DNA from: Phoronis australis | Taxonomy: Eukaryota > Animalia > Phoronida | NCBI GenBank assembly: GCA_002633005.1 | Contig: NMRA01000125.1 | Span: 591,566 to 655,565 of the forward strand | Reading direction: 5' to 3' | DNA: 64,000 bases | In this document: positions 27,413-42,075 of the stretch, piece by piece | Layout of the letters: every line of letters starts with the position of its first letter | How positions within the stretch are numbered: the stretch's first letter is position 1 | Translations under genes and position numbers: made by a program | The notes under the pieces: generated by a model | Told to the model about the DNA's origin: nothing | Databases searched by the model: none | What the model saw: only the letters and a program-made list of their open reading frames with translations

Positions 27413-30400
27413 TACGTATAACTAAACTATATCGTGTCCCAAAAGATTTTGCGGTGTGTGTCTCGCGATAATTTCCAGCGACCCCCGTTGGTTGGACACT
27501 ATATAAAGACTATGAAAATGCAGTATTAGCCACGGATGTGGAATATTCGTTGGTCTCGAGTGAAACACCGATTTTGAAAAAAGAAGCTGCTCGGAACATG
27601 ATTAGTGGCTAGCCCATTACGTGACTCATGCGTATTTGATCAGTAACATATAACTGTTTACTTCTGTCGTCTCTTTACAGTTCTCGTCTTAGGCCAAATT
27701 AACATTAGCTTAAAGGGGATGGCAACCCTTTTTCGTGTCATTTTTAGTAAAAATTTCGTTGATTATCCCAGACATCTAGTCCAGTTAATTACGGCTCCCC
27801 GAAATTTTATTAATTAATCTTGCATTACTCCGGAAATGACGTTTAGGGGGTTAGGAATTTGTCACCATTTCGTTTCTAGAGCGTTCGAGTTACTGTGAGG
27901 ATCTCTTCTACTGTTGTTTTTGTTCTGGTCTCCTAAAATTGTCGTCACCACTTGTTCTCGTCCCGTCGACGAGTATTCTACGACAAGCTAGGTTGTTTGA
28001 GAACTCAGTTACCAGCTGCCATATTTACAACACTTACATTTCGTTACTTAGCTCAGTGGTAAATTAAACCACACACATTGAACAGTGCAGAACGATCAAG
28101 CACTAAAATGAAACGAAACGACTGCACTTCGTATGTGGTAGATACACGTAGTGTTGTAAATATGACATTGTTCGCTAAAAGGCTTGTGCTTTGTTTTTTT
28201 TTGTGTTTGTCTCCGGTAGTGATTGATCCGACAGAAAATATGTTTTGTCTGTCACTCTCGTTCAGACCAGACAGAGCCTATAATTTAATGTCAAAATTAA
28301 CTACCAATGCACGCACGTCACTAAAACTACGTGTTGAAGTACATTTTTCACCTGAAAACAGAAAACGTGTAAGTCTTCATCACAGACACTTAATCTGAAC
28401 TTTGATGATGCAAAGATAGTTTGCTAAGTTTGTTTTGCCAAATATGAAATACAGATTCAGAATGAATCAATCATCTAACCACTATGTTGTCGGGAACTCG
28501 TTTATGAACACGAGCAAATGCAACATGTATGAACACAACACTGTAGTGAGCACGTCAGTGTCTAAGACATGCAGTCAGGAGTAACATAGAGTGGTAATGT
28601 TATAGCTCACATACACCTGTACCTCCAATACCTTAGTTTTCATCTCAATAAGAAAACCTAATGCGTTTAACTTCAAATTTCGTCTTAGTAACCAACAAAT
28701 GTTGTTCTTCACAAAACACGAAATCCTGCGTTCTGGCCGACCACAAGAAGTTGCCACAAAGTCCTCATTTGTGTCTTTTTCTAAATGGCCACTTTTGCTA
28801 AACTTTTATGATACGAACAAATAAATTGAAATTTCCAGTAATTTAATAAGTACTTACAGGACAATCACATAAATATTACCAAACCTTTGAATTAAACACA
28901 AAAATGGATTTACTAAGTATCAATCGGACATTGCTGTTAGGGAGATCAAACAAGGGAGTTAATTGATGCTGAATTTGTCCATGTGTGCATGAAGGTTCAA
29001 TTTCTATATGCAACACCTTATAATAGCTCATAATGTCCAGTATTAGACAAATTGACTTGAGATATTCCTCAGCCGTATTCGTTCTTCCTATACTTTTTAA
29101 AAGGTTAAAGAATAGCGCCTGGCGCTACACGACTCTTACATTATTTCCAACATTAAAAGTGAAGGAAATAAATGTTAACGAATTCCACGATCACTAAGTT
29201 TCCATAGCAACGTATCGTTTGATGCCCTCTCTGCTCGCTAAGGCAATTAATTGCGATGTAAAACCGAAGCAATGCGCACGTTTTTCCAGTTCGCGGCATT
29301 TCAAGCATCTGTTGACGTGCGCATTGTGCGACAGGGATAGTGGGTTTACTTTCAGGCTACAATGGACTTCAAATGGCTTACCCTACTCAGGTCAGTAAAC
29401 GGCAACATTTAAGGGAATTCGTGGGAATTTCAATGTCATGGTCAATTGGAGATTCATCTTTAAATAATTCTAATACCCTGAGGAATCCGATTAATTCAGC
29501 ATATTGAAATCAACCCAGGACATTCTATACCGGTGATACTATTAGTTCCTAAGCTGACGAAACCCTGTATATTAATCGAGTAAGAAAAATGTTCACTTGA
29601 AAATCAAAGGGCTTTAAAATGCAAGCACTGTTCGTGCATTTAATTACTGATAACAGTGAACAATGTAATAAATTAATGTGCATTACGAAGAGGACACGTT
29701 GAAACAAACTACTGTCACTGGCACCGCAGTTGAAAATGCAGTCAAAAATGCAGTTTCAAGATGCTTAGACTATGTTTGAGTCGAGTTTTGACTTAGGAAA
29801 ATTTGACATTGGAACATCGATAACAAATTGGCAAACAACTTTCATACATTCGCGACTGTGAAAGTGAACTGTAGTTTGTGTCGAGACGGAGCAAGATCAC
29901 CTAAAAATAATAGTGAATTAAAGGAGTAATTGGTATTTCTCACGAGACGCGCATCTCGGACTAGTCCCTAGCCTGAGTTGGAATTAGTTTATTTTAATCT
30001 CCCCTTACTAATGGTTCGTCGTAAAATAACGTCAACTTAATTAGCAAAGAAGAATTGCCTTCACAACCAGGGCACATTGTGATCGCCTCAACAGTGTAGT
30101 TACTCAACAATTCTGTACATGTAAGTCAATTCAATCAGTTTCCAAGTACGGAAGTGAACAATATTGTCAGTGTTTTAAGACCCTTTCATAGTAACGTCGA
30201 CACGTCGATGTTTTAGGGAGTTGCGTTCAGTATGAACGGTTGACTTCGGTAATGGATCCGTCGAAGTTAACAGCGCCAGTTAACTTCGCAATAAACAGGT
30301 TGATTTAGCAGCGGAACGTTTATCGTCAGGTGCCACTGTTGTCGTAAATAATTAAAGGGCAGTGTCTTCGCTAATAGTTGTTTGCGGGAATAATCACCAA

Positions 30401-32729
30401 TCGAATTAGAAATATGTTTTATGTCAATTAGCACAGGTAAATGTTCCCAAATTGTCACATTGAAAAATCTTAGCGTGCAGCGCTACCTCGCAATTACTTC
30501 GATGACGACAGCGTCACCATTTGCGTTAACTGCTGAAGCCAGTATGAACTGTTCAGGTAAATTCGCAGTTTACATCCGCTCAGACCGGAGTTAAGTCAGT
30601 ATGACAGGGCCTTTAGATTTCGTAAAGCCGACTGCGTGCTGTCTTCTGGTACGACGTTACGCGCACCTGGGTAGTTTTATTAGAACACCGCGATCCGTTC
30701 AAGAACTGAACTTCATATTTACATCACTCACCGCTCTAAAGTTTGTTTCAGCTTGTTGCTTACTCAAATCAGACGAAGACTTCGGAGAAACTGGCAGCGT
30801 TATTCACTGAGACCATGCCTGGCTCATAAAATCACCCTCCATGATAAACCAATAATTGGTTTGTACAGCCTGATCTTAAGCCATAAAGGACTCCTGAATC
30901 CCAGAAACAATCTCCAACATGACTAAGGAAAAATTTAAGATCAATTTCATAACAGACTGTGTTCTAATCAAAAGTTGTTTTTTGTGACGAAAGACTTGTT
31001 TATAGCCGCATTAAGGTTATGCATGGCATACATGTAGTCGAGAAGTCTGTGTATTTACCAAATCATCTGCAAAATTATACTTGGTTTTAACGCAGTAAAA
31101 GTATATATTTTCTCAGAATAGAAGCTTTGAAAAGAATGTGTTGACATTCTACCGATGTGCCATTAACAGGGCTACGAGACCGAACGTTGTGAAATGTAGC
31201 AACAAACAAAAAAATAACAAAAAAATCCCCCGTACACTCTTAGCAGGACAACGTTATTAATAACATGACCAAATTTCGTTCGATATTCATATTAAAGATG
31301 GAACTTCACAGCACTTCTACAACTTTATGAAATAAAATTTCGATGAAAACGAATGTTTTATTTTTCATAAGTCCTGTTTTTGCTAAACCCGCATGGAAAA
31401 GTGGAACATTACAAAAGAAAAAAAGTCACAATAGCATTTTGGAGAACGGTGCGTCTGAAAGTTTTATATGGATCCCATCAACCGTTTCTGAAACACCATT
31501 CTCCGGAGTTAGCCAAATTTGTAATTTTTGTAGGTTCCCACATTGCTTATACATATAGTAGGTCAAGTGGGAATGCACATGTAAAACGTACTGGGAATAA
31601 GGAAATACCGAACGCCTGTGGGAGATTCAGACTTAATCGCCTTTACGAGTTCCCTAATTAACTGTTTAAATACACTGTCGCTTACCTGGCTATCTGCGGG
31701 ATGCAAATGGCGCACTTTTTAATCACTTTTGATGTCAATGTCATCTCATCTGTTTCTATTTATGTTGACCTTAAAACCTAGTTGAGAAAAGCTACCTTAA
31801 ATCCGTTGACACAGAAAGATGCTTGTCACTGACCAACCTGTAATTTCCAGTTACAGTTTGTAATACGAACATGGTAAGTCCTAAATATTAGCAATAGGAT
31901 GCAAAAATGCGCTTTTAATCTCCAACATTTTCTTTTTAGCGGTTTATTTCGGGCGCACATGTACATTAGAAGCAAAATTGTTCAACTTGTCACAAACTAC
32001 TGCAATGTTTAAGTCAAGCTGATTTCGCGTTCCATCATGGTATGTTATGTTACTTCCAACCTTTTTATCAAGAAAAAACGAACAAAGTATGTTCGGCTGC
32101 AGTAATGCAGAACGCTCGGTACACTCTGAGTAAGTTGGATGATAGGGTTATCTATTGAAAGTCAGCATCGTTGAATACCAAGTCAAAATTGCTGAGTGAC
32201 TCTACTATTAGATGCTGAGTACCAACTATAGGTGATATGACTAAGCTTTTCAGTGTATTTCCATTTAGACAAGAATCAAGTCGGTTCTGTAAACCTTTGG
32301 GAAAACTGTCAGCTGTTGTGTAGAAGCGTTATTCATACTCAGTAGTGTGAATTTGAAAACCGGATGCTGGCTCAGTCAATCAGTAGGTGCGTGTAAAGGG
32401 ATTGAGCGCATTCGATTAAAGCATCCGGGTATGATTACCTGCACAAGTCAACATCATCACGTAACCAACGACATGTCTTCTGACTGGCTAGAACAAGAAA
32501 CACGATACTTTCCGTTGTGGGGTAATGTTGACTGGCTAGCCGTTGAATACCACTGTTCATTCAAGCCTCCGGCTGGCGTCAGACGTCGATAGCTATGAGT
32601 CGTGACCATTGGCTAAAGAAACTATCTATTCCTGACCATGTAAATAAAGTGAAGAGGCAATGGCATTGGATCAAAGCAGATAAAACCTGCCAAGGTGAAG
32701 AAATCAGAAGAAACAAACATTAGTGGTCG

Positions 32730-32880
32730 CATAATAAAACAGCTGACCGATCGCTCGGGCATAGCAGATAATATGGCCCTCGGGATAGCCGAGTGTGATG
32801 CCTTCCGCCTTCACCCTCGGGCAACATTGCTCTCCCTAGGATCATATGACTCGACTTCCCCCTCGGGATCGGTACATAAA
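32730..32880. repeat. CCCTCGGG-repeat fold-back element (possibly Crypton-like, non-autonomous)
   Basis: Four CTCGGG motifs within 150 bp; the family call is inference. Confidence 0.4.
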
Positions 32881-35800
32881 GAATTTGTGACCTAATGCGA
32901 TACTTACCTGAAAAAAACGCTGTAATTAGTCTCAAGTTTACATTGTTTTCTACATATAAGCTTCTCGTATGCCAATGCCTATGCATATTGTTCAGCCCAA
33001 TTCGTATATTATCCTCGTTTACAAGGGCACCAGACCACTACATGATGCATATCTTCCACAAACTCTTTCCACCTCGCTGAAAAGTCATACGAACACTGAA
33101 GAATCTGCAAATACAAACCATCATTTTTGACGATGTAAACACTGGTGACAAATGGTTCACGCGGATGATTGGAGGCTTGCGAGGACAATTTATACGTTTG
33201 TGCGAACTGAGTTGGTAGTTCGCATATGGATGATCTGCTGTAGACGTGATTCAATGGTTTGGGTGAAGGATTATGGGATTTGCTGCGAGCGATTCCATGC
33301 TCGCGCTTATGATTGCCTGGTGTCATTGGATTAGAAATTTTATGAGAGTTAATTTCACTGCATTACGGATTAGGCTTCAGTGGTGATATCTTAAAAGTCA
33401 GTAAGAAACCGGAGCTGACGCCATCCAAAGACAATTGCGATGCCCTAGTAGTGCATAAATACACAGAAACTGTTTCAGAAAACCCGCCCTAGACTCATTA
33501 TTATTGCCTTTTTGTTATGGTCATTTTTAATTTTGGTTGATCGATCAGAAGATGAGAAGTCTTTAATAAAAATGACTTCAGGCTTATCTTAATTTCGATT
33601 GAGCTCAGTTGCGTCAAAATTCGTTTATGAAGTTTTTAACTATAACGAAGCGGAATGAGTATCGTTAAGAAGAAAGGTCTTTACAAAACAGACAAAGGAA
33701 AGGGTGACAGTGGTTCAACTGTTCACCTCTAATGTGTACACTGCAAGGATATCAATAACAAGAGGAAATAATCAGCGCTTGGCGCTATCACCTGATCCCC
33801 TTCAGACACGTTTCCTATTTGTATAATTGATACATAATTTAAAAAACGGAAAAAGAGAGTGACATATGACTCCATTATCCACTGCCTGAGAATGAGGTCT
33901 CTGGAGAAGTACAGATTTGCATTTCCTACAGAGTCTGTTCCTGTATTGAATCAATATTCTGTGGAAAAGCTGTGCAAAACTAGTCTTCTCGAAGTTTTCA
34001 ATTCTACTTATGATTAAAACTGCATTTCGTCATGTTTGGCTTTCTAAAAATAACATCCGTTTACTTTTACGAAATCTGTCACCGCGACACAATTTGATTT
34101 CTATAACCAACAAGAACGTTAAAGCCAGCACCGACACAAGAACACTGCTCAGTGTTGATTGGAGTTCAACAACCCTAAAATTGCAAAATGGAAATTGCCG
34201 CATATACGCGTTGCCAATAATTTACTTTGTCGGCTCATTGGACAGCAAACCAAGTGTTGTTTCGTTTTTATAACCCAAAGCGCTTCACTTATATAATTCA
34301 AAATTGACAGCGAAACGCCTCTCCAACCGAAGTGTACGTTTTCAAGTGCGTACATGTATAGACCATATATACTACACAAAACTGATATCCCTAGCAAAAT
34401 TGACCTGACCAGCCCCTCAAATGGGTAAATCTAGCACTGGCAGTCGACAAATGTTTTCTTAAATTTCCCTTCTTCTATATATTTCACCATGCCTTTCTTC
34501 TTCAACTGTCCCTTACGCCCGTCCCTATGACTATGTCGGTCGCAAGTTTCCCTCTTTACCCTACAAATTATGGGGGACACGTACCTATTTATAATGTAAT
34601 GTACACTGCAGCTACATGATATTTTGATATTGAGAGGTCATGTTGTCGTGTCTTGAAGGATAAATACATTTAAATGGGAGTTGCATCGTTATAAACAATT
34701 AGAAAAGTAATAACATGTATCTACTCCTTCCTCTAGAGTGAAGTGAACATATCCAACTAACCAAACTACAGTTACATCATTTCCGGAAGAACTAAGAGAC
34801 CTAGTTTCTTGCGAAACAAGCAAGTTCCCGCAGATTTTCACAAAATTAAGCGAATGAAAAGCAAGTGTTTCACTAGTATGTTCCGAAGCTTACGAGAAGC
34901 TCCTAGCAAAATGGCGGTCACTGAATTGTAGGATTGAATAGACCACTTACGGGTTTATTCGCGGTTGTCGTTAACAGCTATGACGTCTCGCGTGGAGGGA
35001 TAGAACCTGTCATATTTGCTATTGTGTTGAATGTAAGTTCGTCTGGCGTCGGCTACTGTGCCACCGACAGCTTCGTCGGTGGTTATTAGATCGTAGAACC
35101 ACTGCCGTCAAAATACAGCTTTCTACATGTACCACTTTGTGTAGCCTTGGTGCAAAGCTTTGCGCCGATGTAGGTAAAAAACTGACCAAATAAAATCTGA
35201 CACAAAATTAGTGTCATTAAAAACTGCACGCTTCCTTGAGTAAACTGAATTATTTACCGGCGTTGGAAAATTGGTGTTCTAAAGTTATTCCGCTGATAAA
35301 CTTGTGTTGCGGTCTTCTGTGTCGGCTTTCGGTGCCACGAAATATTACGTCACAAATTGGCCAATTTCTTTTTTTCGCCGATTCTGTCTTCAATCAGCTG
35401 TTCTTCTCTTACCAGCAAAGAGGTTAAGTACATGTCACAAAACATTATCGGAACTGGTTTCATTTCCTTACAAATTTTTGATACTTTAATACCAGCAAAC
35501 CGAATTTCAGAACAAATTTTGCTACTACGAAGCTATCATCATCTCCCGAGAGATGTCGCATTTTTTGGAAACGGCGAGTGCGCGTGTCACGAGCGTACGG
35601 TTGAAAACAGAGACTTGCCTTTGTTACAAAAAAAAAACAGATTTGTGCAAGAAAGTGCCGTTAATTAGATTTTTTCATTTGAATGGCTGCAACGGGAAAG
35701 GTGAGTGTCGTCGTTGGCATGCACAGACTCACCCGGTCGTTAGTTCTACATGTTAATGAAAAGTTTCACTACACGGTGACGAGCAAAACTACCCAGGCTT

Positions 35801-36760
35801 TATGAAATTTCAGGGCCTGAGGAAGCTAACACACAGTGGGTCCTAGATGTATTTTGACTCCTGTAGTCATACAGCAAGCTGGCTGGCTCAGTGAACCCGT
35901 GCCGTCCCGGTCGCTGTATCCTGTGTCACTGTTGCAACGAATTTCCGTAACAACAATGTTTTACAGGCATTTTGTAGAGAAAAGTACGTTAAAACCACTC
36001 AAATGACGCAATTAATATCACAAATTCTCACAACTAATGAAATGTTACATGCGAGTACGTTAAACACGAGATTTATAAGTCTCAGCTATCGACAGCCGCA
36101 TACAGTGGGACACGAGATGAACTATCAATTCTCCCTACTCTGTCACCTTTTCCGGACATTCTATCTGCTCTCGCGTTTACACGTGTTATCGATCTTCATA
36201 CAGCTCGCACGTTCCACAAACGAATTTTCGCCGCAAATTTAACCTTAAGTATTACGGTCTGCGGAACGTGGCCCAATACCAACTACTGTGTTACCGATTC
36301 CAGCATATTTTCGGTGCTTGGACGATGCCAGGATTCCCAGATCGTTGGAATGCACCTTCGTGCCTCAAGGTTGTTAATAATCTGCAACTTTAACACTGCG
36401 TTAAATGGAAGTGAAATCTTTCCCATAACCGCTGTCTGCAAAGCAAAAACAACAATCTGTCTTCAGTCCTGTTTTTTACTCTGTCTCTGTACCGGTTTTC
36501 CAATTTCAATTTAGTGAAATATGTGAATTTTAAAAATCCTTTTTCACATATTTGTAAGCATTTTGAAAGTCTGTTTATCAAGGTTACGCCGCAATTCAGA
36601 GGTTGACCCGGCAAAGCCTCTGTTGAGATTGAGTTTCTCCTGGAGCGACGCCTTACTAAAAGGAAGGCTTGCTGTACTTCATTGATTTAACTGTCGCACA
36701 TGCAGGCCACGCCACCCTGGGAAGACATTTTCTGTTTTGAATGAAAACGAAATCAGACGG

Positions 36761-36926
36761 CAGTGGCGTATTTGCATGGGGGGGGGGGACAAGGGAGTCA
36801 ACGCCCCCTAAAATTCTCCCCGATTCCATTTAGCAGTTCGGGGGTGCGAATGTCTGACGAGCAACATCGTGGCTAATACTCTGCGCTGGCCCTCCTACTA
36901 AACTCAAAATCCTGGATCCGCCCCTG
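36761..36926. mobile_element. Short hAT5-like MITE, same family as 12450-12556
   Basis: CAGTGGCGTAT...ATCCGCCCCTG termini; flanks GACGG/GACTG (4 of 5 match). Confidence 0.72.
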
Positions 36927-37618
36927 GACTGATACCAGAATAACAATCACTTGTGAGACGCTTGGCATTACAATGACGTAATTTACACTGCAATATCGCA
37001 AGTTCTAGACATGTCGGCTGTCATTAAGTCACGCCGAACACACTTGTTCCCATTGAGCACACCGCCATGTTGGGTTCTAACGAGGAGTATCGGGCCACCA
37101 TCCCGATGAAGCAAGTCACTCAACGATATGTTACAATGTCATATCATTGAATCGCAAGAACAAATGATATTGGTTTGAAAACATTTGTGCTGTTCCATCG
37201 TGAGTGGCCTGAACTTTAAAACAGAACACTGTATACATTCTTCTTCGTGGACTATGGTGGAAAAACTTTGAGGTCCTCTGTTTTATTGTGCAACTTTCGA
37301 TACATGAATAGTGAGATTATTAATTTCCTAACTACTCAGATTGTTACTTTTACCTGATTAGTCATTCTGCGTATACTAATTTTATTTTATTAGACATATG
37401 ACTAATCACCTGATGAGTCACATTATTAATTTTATTTTGAACACAGGCTTAATTTCTATTTGTGTTGTTTTGGTGCACTTGTCACTTAGGTCTAGTATCA
37501 GTAGCCACAATGCTCTATCAAAATGTCCTTTATATGATCTAACTATTTTTGCGTCGTTCATATTTGTATGTGGTGCCACGTGAAGCAGACTAGAGTAATA
37601 TTCTTGTCGTTATTTCAG

Positions 37619-37686
37619 TTGAACCACGCGTGCTTACCTCAGAGCAAACAGAAAACCAGCGTCCAAGTGATGTTGAAGAAAATCAG
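37619..37686 (+). CDS. Candidate internal exon of an unidentified long-intron gene
   Basis: Acceptor ttcttgtcgttatttcag, donor CAG|gtaaat; open in two frames. Confidence 0.35.
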
Positions 37687-38224
37687 GTAAATTCGATAAC
37701 TGTTTGCCACAAAATGACCAATAGAATCCATCGCATCTTCTTTGCAAAAAGAGTGATTTAAAAAGTAAATTTGGTGTGTCCTCTTAAGTTTGAGCAGTAA
37801 GGCCACCTTAAGAGTTATGCAACTGGCCTAATTTTCGTTCTCAACCAAATATCTACAGAACTATAGTTTTAAATCAGCAAAAGTATACATTTCTGAGTGT
37901 TGAAAGCCAGTAGAAAATAATTTTTGACAAAAAGAAAAGTACATTCATAACCAAACACCGGTATGAATAACATGACCAAGTATTGTATCATTTGAGAAAA
38001 TTGTTGAAGATACCCACAGTCTGCCCCACAATGTAGAACCGCCCATAGCCTGTATCCTAGCATCTCAAAAACCTGTTACATTTCTCTTAATTATTACTTC
38101 TTTACCGTTTTATGAAACTTTCAATTTTTCATGAAAATTACCAAAGTCTTATTTTTGTCAAAACAGTGGAAGATTTCCTAACAGCCTCACTAAATAATGT
38201 CAATTTTGAGTCAAAATTCAGGCG

Positions 38225-38880
38225 AATTTTCTGAGACACGACGACTGCGGTCATCTTCAGAATGATAGTTAGGTGGACTTGAGGTCATGTGATGAAGTTC
38301 CTGCCTTGGGCCACTTGATTTGGTGTAGCCCTAGTCAGAAAGAGGGTACTGACTTTCGTCACGGTTCATGACCGTGTTGCCCGCTTCCTTAAAAGGCTTT
38401 TGCGTATCCAGTGTGTTTGCTTTCCTTTATCATCATTGCCAAGAATTCGGCATTATTCCATTTATAATATGGTCGTGGAAGACAGAGGTCAGTGACAGTC
38501 GATTTGTTGACGGAATCCTGGGCTGGCTGTTGCTGCAAACGTACATGTATGAAGTAAGCCTGCGTGCCCGCGACGACTGTTCTTGCAAACGGGTGCCGAA
38601 CCGGTGTGTGGTTTCAACAACGTACTCCTGGTCGCAGTTGCCGACTGGAATAATAAACGTCCGATGGTCTAGATGGCGGATCAATGACTGACGTAGAGCA
38701 CGTACCGACTTGAGGGCCACACCAATATCATAATTTATTTCCGGAAAATACAACGGCTCTCGGTTCCGAAGTTCCTTGAACACAAGGGATAGATACGCAA
38801 CCGGTAAGTTCTCGTTCATGCAGTCGGCGACTGGTATTTGGATATCTATTTACCCTGTGGGTCGTCCATCGGGATCCACA
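38225..38880 (-). mobile_element. Penelope-like element remnant (GIY-YIG endonuclease end plus pLTR)
   Basis: VALKSVRALRQSL...IPVGNCDQEYVVETTHRFGTRLQE...DHIIN, then GNTVMNRDESQYPL; decayed CTGAAGA hammerhead core near 38254-38260 on the minus strand. Confidence 0.8.
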
Positions 38881-38895
38881 GCACGACATAACCAG

Positions 38896-40566
38896 ACGAT
38901 TTCATAAAGGTGGTTTAAAGTTAAACCTGCCTCCCGTTCAGTAACGCTAGGACCTCGCTAAAAAGCAAGACTTCGCGAGATTACGTGAGATATTGCCGTG
39001 CATTTTAAATGAGAACACATGACTTTGACTAGGTTTTAGCTAGGTCCTAGCGTAGGTCCTAGCGTCTACTGAACGCACGTCTGGTTTAAACTGGACTTAG
39101 ACCAGGTTTAAAGATAATCTGCATTTCAGAAAAGGGGTTTAACTTTTGTATAATCAGTGGTTTAGTTAAACCTGGTTTAACTCAATTTTAGACCTAGTCT
39201 GTCAATTTTTATTTCACTAACGAGGTATATATTGCTTAGACCTGTATTAAGATCTTAAACCAGGTTTAAGTTTAGACTTGGTCAGACCCCAGTTTAATAC
39301 TATAATTGCAGACTTGTGCGATATAGGTGCAACTGAATGATGCTGTGGTGTGCATTTACGACGCAGTTTTAGAGCGAGAACAGATTATTTTCAATATTAA
39401 GTTTTAGGACTACACAAGATCAAACGAAACAAGGGGGACCAAGAGTTTTTAAAGGGGGGAGGGTGTCGGATCAAGGACTTCTAAAAGGAGGGCCTAGGTC
39501 AACAATTTGAAAATTATAGATTTGATATCACTAAAATCAAAGGAAAAAGGGGGTCCAAACACCTTGAACCCCTGGATCCGCCTATACGTAGACCAGAACC
39601 AACTGAAGGTGTTCTTCAGATTCCTTAGAATATGACGTCCGAGCAGAGCGTCATCGTTGTAAGCGCTACGCGTACGACTAAAACGGCATCTAATGAGTTC
39701 CATCTCAACCAGGTCCCCGATTTAAGGTTGCCGGGCAGGAATACTGCCCAGGGGTGTATTTAGTGGATGGGCCAAGGGGGCCAGGGCCCTCCTAAAATTC
39801 TCCCAGATTCCATTTGGCAGTTCGTGGCTGCGAATGTTTGACGTCGGGAAAAACTCCTGGCTGATAGTCTGCCCTGGACCCCTTAACTCAAAATCCTGGA
39901 TCCGCTCCTGTACCCCCTTTGACCGCAAAATAGTAAAATGACACGGAAATACATGTAAACGTGTGCATTTACTATGTCGCAGTTAATCGTGGACAAATAC
40001 TGTTATGTGTTTACTTGTGTTGGAAACAGACAATACAAAATGAAAAATATCTCCTCAAGATGATATCCTAGATCTGCCACTGGGTCCCTCGCCGTTTTTC
40101 TTTGCAATTTTTTCACTGATGAAGTTTTCTTTCTATCCAAGCCTGTTGCTTACGTTGACTTGATTTGGCACCAATTTTCTTGTTCTCAACTATGACATTG
40201 GCTTTTTCGCTGATCAGTTGTGGGAGGGAACATTTTTCCTCGTGATAAAAGCTTTTCGCCCTTTTTCGCAAATGTCTGTACTGATTCTAGTATGGTGTTT
40301 CATTGAGTATTCTACCCACGTGACCAAGGTTTCATTGAAGCCCTTAATAGTTTCTTTGTTGGGTTAATCCGGGTCAACACAGTAAGGTGGCTTGGATACT
40401 TTAAACCTAGTTTTACTATACCCGCTTCATGGTCTAACTCAACCAGGCTTTCAGACTTTTAAACCACGTTGGTGAAATGCAAGTTAGGTCTAAAATTAGA
40501 CCAGGGTTAGGAAGACCAGGCTTAAGTTTTAAACCTAGTTTTGTTAAACCACCGTTTTGAAATCGG
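38896..40566. mobile_element. ~1.5-kb non-autonomous TIR element (Harbinger-like), tandem copy 1
   Basis: TIR CGATTTCATAAAGGTGGTTTAA / TTAAACCACCGTTTTGAAATCG flanked by CAG/CTG; many subterminal A(A/G)ACCWGGTTT motifs; contains nested MITEs. Confidence 0.78.
38930..39080. mobile_element. 151-bp Harbinger-type MITE, copy 2 (nested in a larger TIR element)
   Basis: Flanked by CTG...CTG; the paralogous host copy shows the empty site gttaaacCTGgtttaaac near 40600-40618. Confidence 0.9.
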
Positions 40567-40578
40567 CTGAACTTGTCC

Positions 40579-42075
40579 ATTTCATAAAGGTGGTTTAAAG
40601 TTAAACCTGGTTTAAACTGGATTTATACCAGCTTTAAAGATAATTTGCATTTCATAAAGATGGTTTAAGTTTTAAACCAGTGGTCTCGTAACACCCGGTT
40701 TTACTCCAGTTTAGACCTGATCTAAGTCAGTTTTCATTTCACCATTTCTTAGACCTGTATTAAGATCTTAAACCAGGTTTAACTTTAGATCTGGTTAGAC
40801 CCAGGTTAAATACTGTTAAATATGGCAGACTTGCAGCATATAAGTGCAACTGAATGATGCTGTGGTGTGCATTTACGATGCAGTCTTAGAGCGAGAACGA
40901 ACTATTTTTAATATTCAATTTTAGGACAACACAAGATCAAACGTATTAGGGGGGACCAAAAATTGTTGAAGGGGGGGATCGGATCAAGGACTTATAAAAG
41001 GAGGGCCTGGGTCAAGAATTTGAAAATTATAGATTTGATATCACTAAAATCAAGGGAATAACTTGGTCCAGACCCTTGAATCCCTGAATCCGCCCATACG
41101 TAGACCAGAAGGGTGTCCTTATGTTCTCAGAATATGACGGTTCGAGCAGAGCGTCATCGTCACGAGCGCTACTATGACTAAAAAGGCATCTAATGATTAT
41201 TCTGGCCATGTTCCATCTCAATTGGTCCCCGGCAGGGGTCCTGCCCAAGTGGCGGATTTAGAGGGGGCTAAGAGGCCATGGCCCTCTCCTAAAATTCTCC
41301 CAGATTCCATTTGGCAGTTCGGGGGTTCGAATGTCTGGCGGACAAAACCCTGGCTAATACTTTACCCTTACCCCCTAACTCAAAATCCTGGATCCGCCCC
41401 TGTGCCACCCTTTGGCCGCAAAAAAGTTAAATGACTCTGTTATAAACGTGTGCATTTACTATGCTGCGGTTAATCGTGAACAAGTACTTTAATGTGCGTA
41501 CTTGTGTTGGACACAGACACTACAAAATGAAAAATATCTCCTCATGATATCCTAGAGCTGCCACTGGGTCCCTCACAGTTTTTCTGGGCAAAATTTTCAC
41601 TGATGAAATTTTCTTTCTGGCCTTTATTCTGGAGCAATAACTCTCCAAGCCAGCTGCTTACCTTGACTTGAATTGGCACCAATTTTCTTGTTCTCGAACG
41701 TTACATTGGCTTTTTCTCTGGGCAGTTATGGGAGGAAACATTTTTCCTCGTGAGAAAAGCTTTTAGCCTTTTTTCGCAAATGACTGCACTGATTCTACTT
41801 CTGTGTGCCACTCTGTTACCCCGTGATCAAGGTTTCATTGAAGCACTTCAATAGTTTCTTTTTTAAGTTAATCCGGATCAACATAATAGGGTGGCTTGGA
41901 TACTTTAAACCTGGTTTCACTTAACCCGCTGTATTGTATGGTCTAACAAAACCAGGCTTTCAGACTTTTAAACCATGTTGGTGAAATGCAAATTAGGTCT
42001 AAAATTAGACCAGGTTTAGGAAGACCAGGTTTATGCCTTAAACTTGGTTTTGTTAAACCACCTTCATGAAATCGG
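40579..42075. mobile_element. ~1.5-kb non-autonomous TIR element, tandem copy 2
   Basis: Colinear, diverged copy of 38896-40566 without the 151-bp insert; left TIR clipped; ends TTAAACCACCTTCATGAAATCGG-ctg. Confidence 0.78.

Noticed and set aside
28048-28065. tRNA-like TAGCTCAGTGGTA
   Set aside because: Isolated A-box-like word with no B box or cloverleaf.
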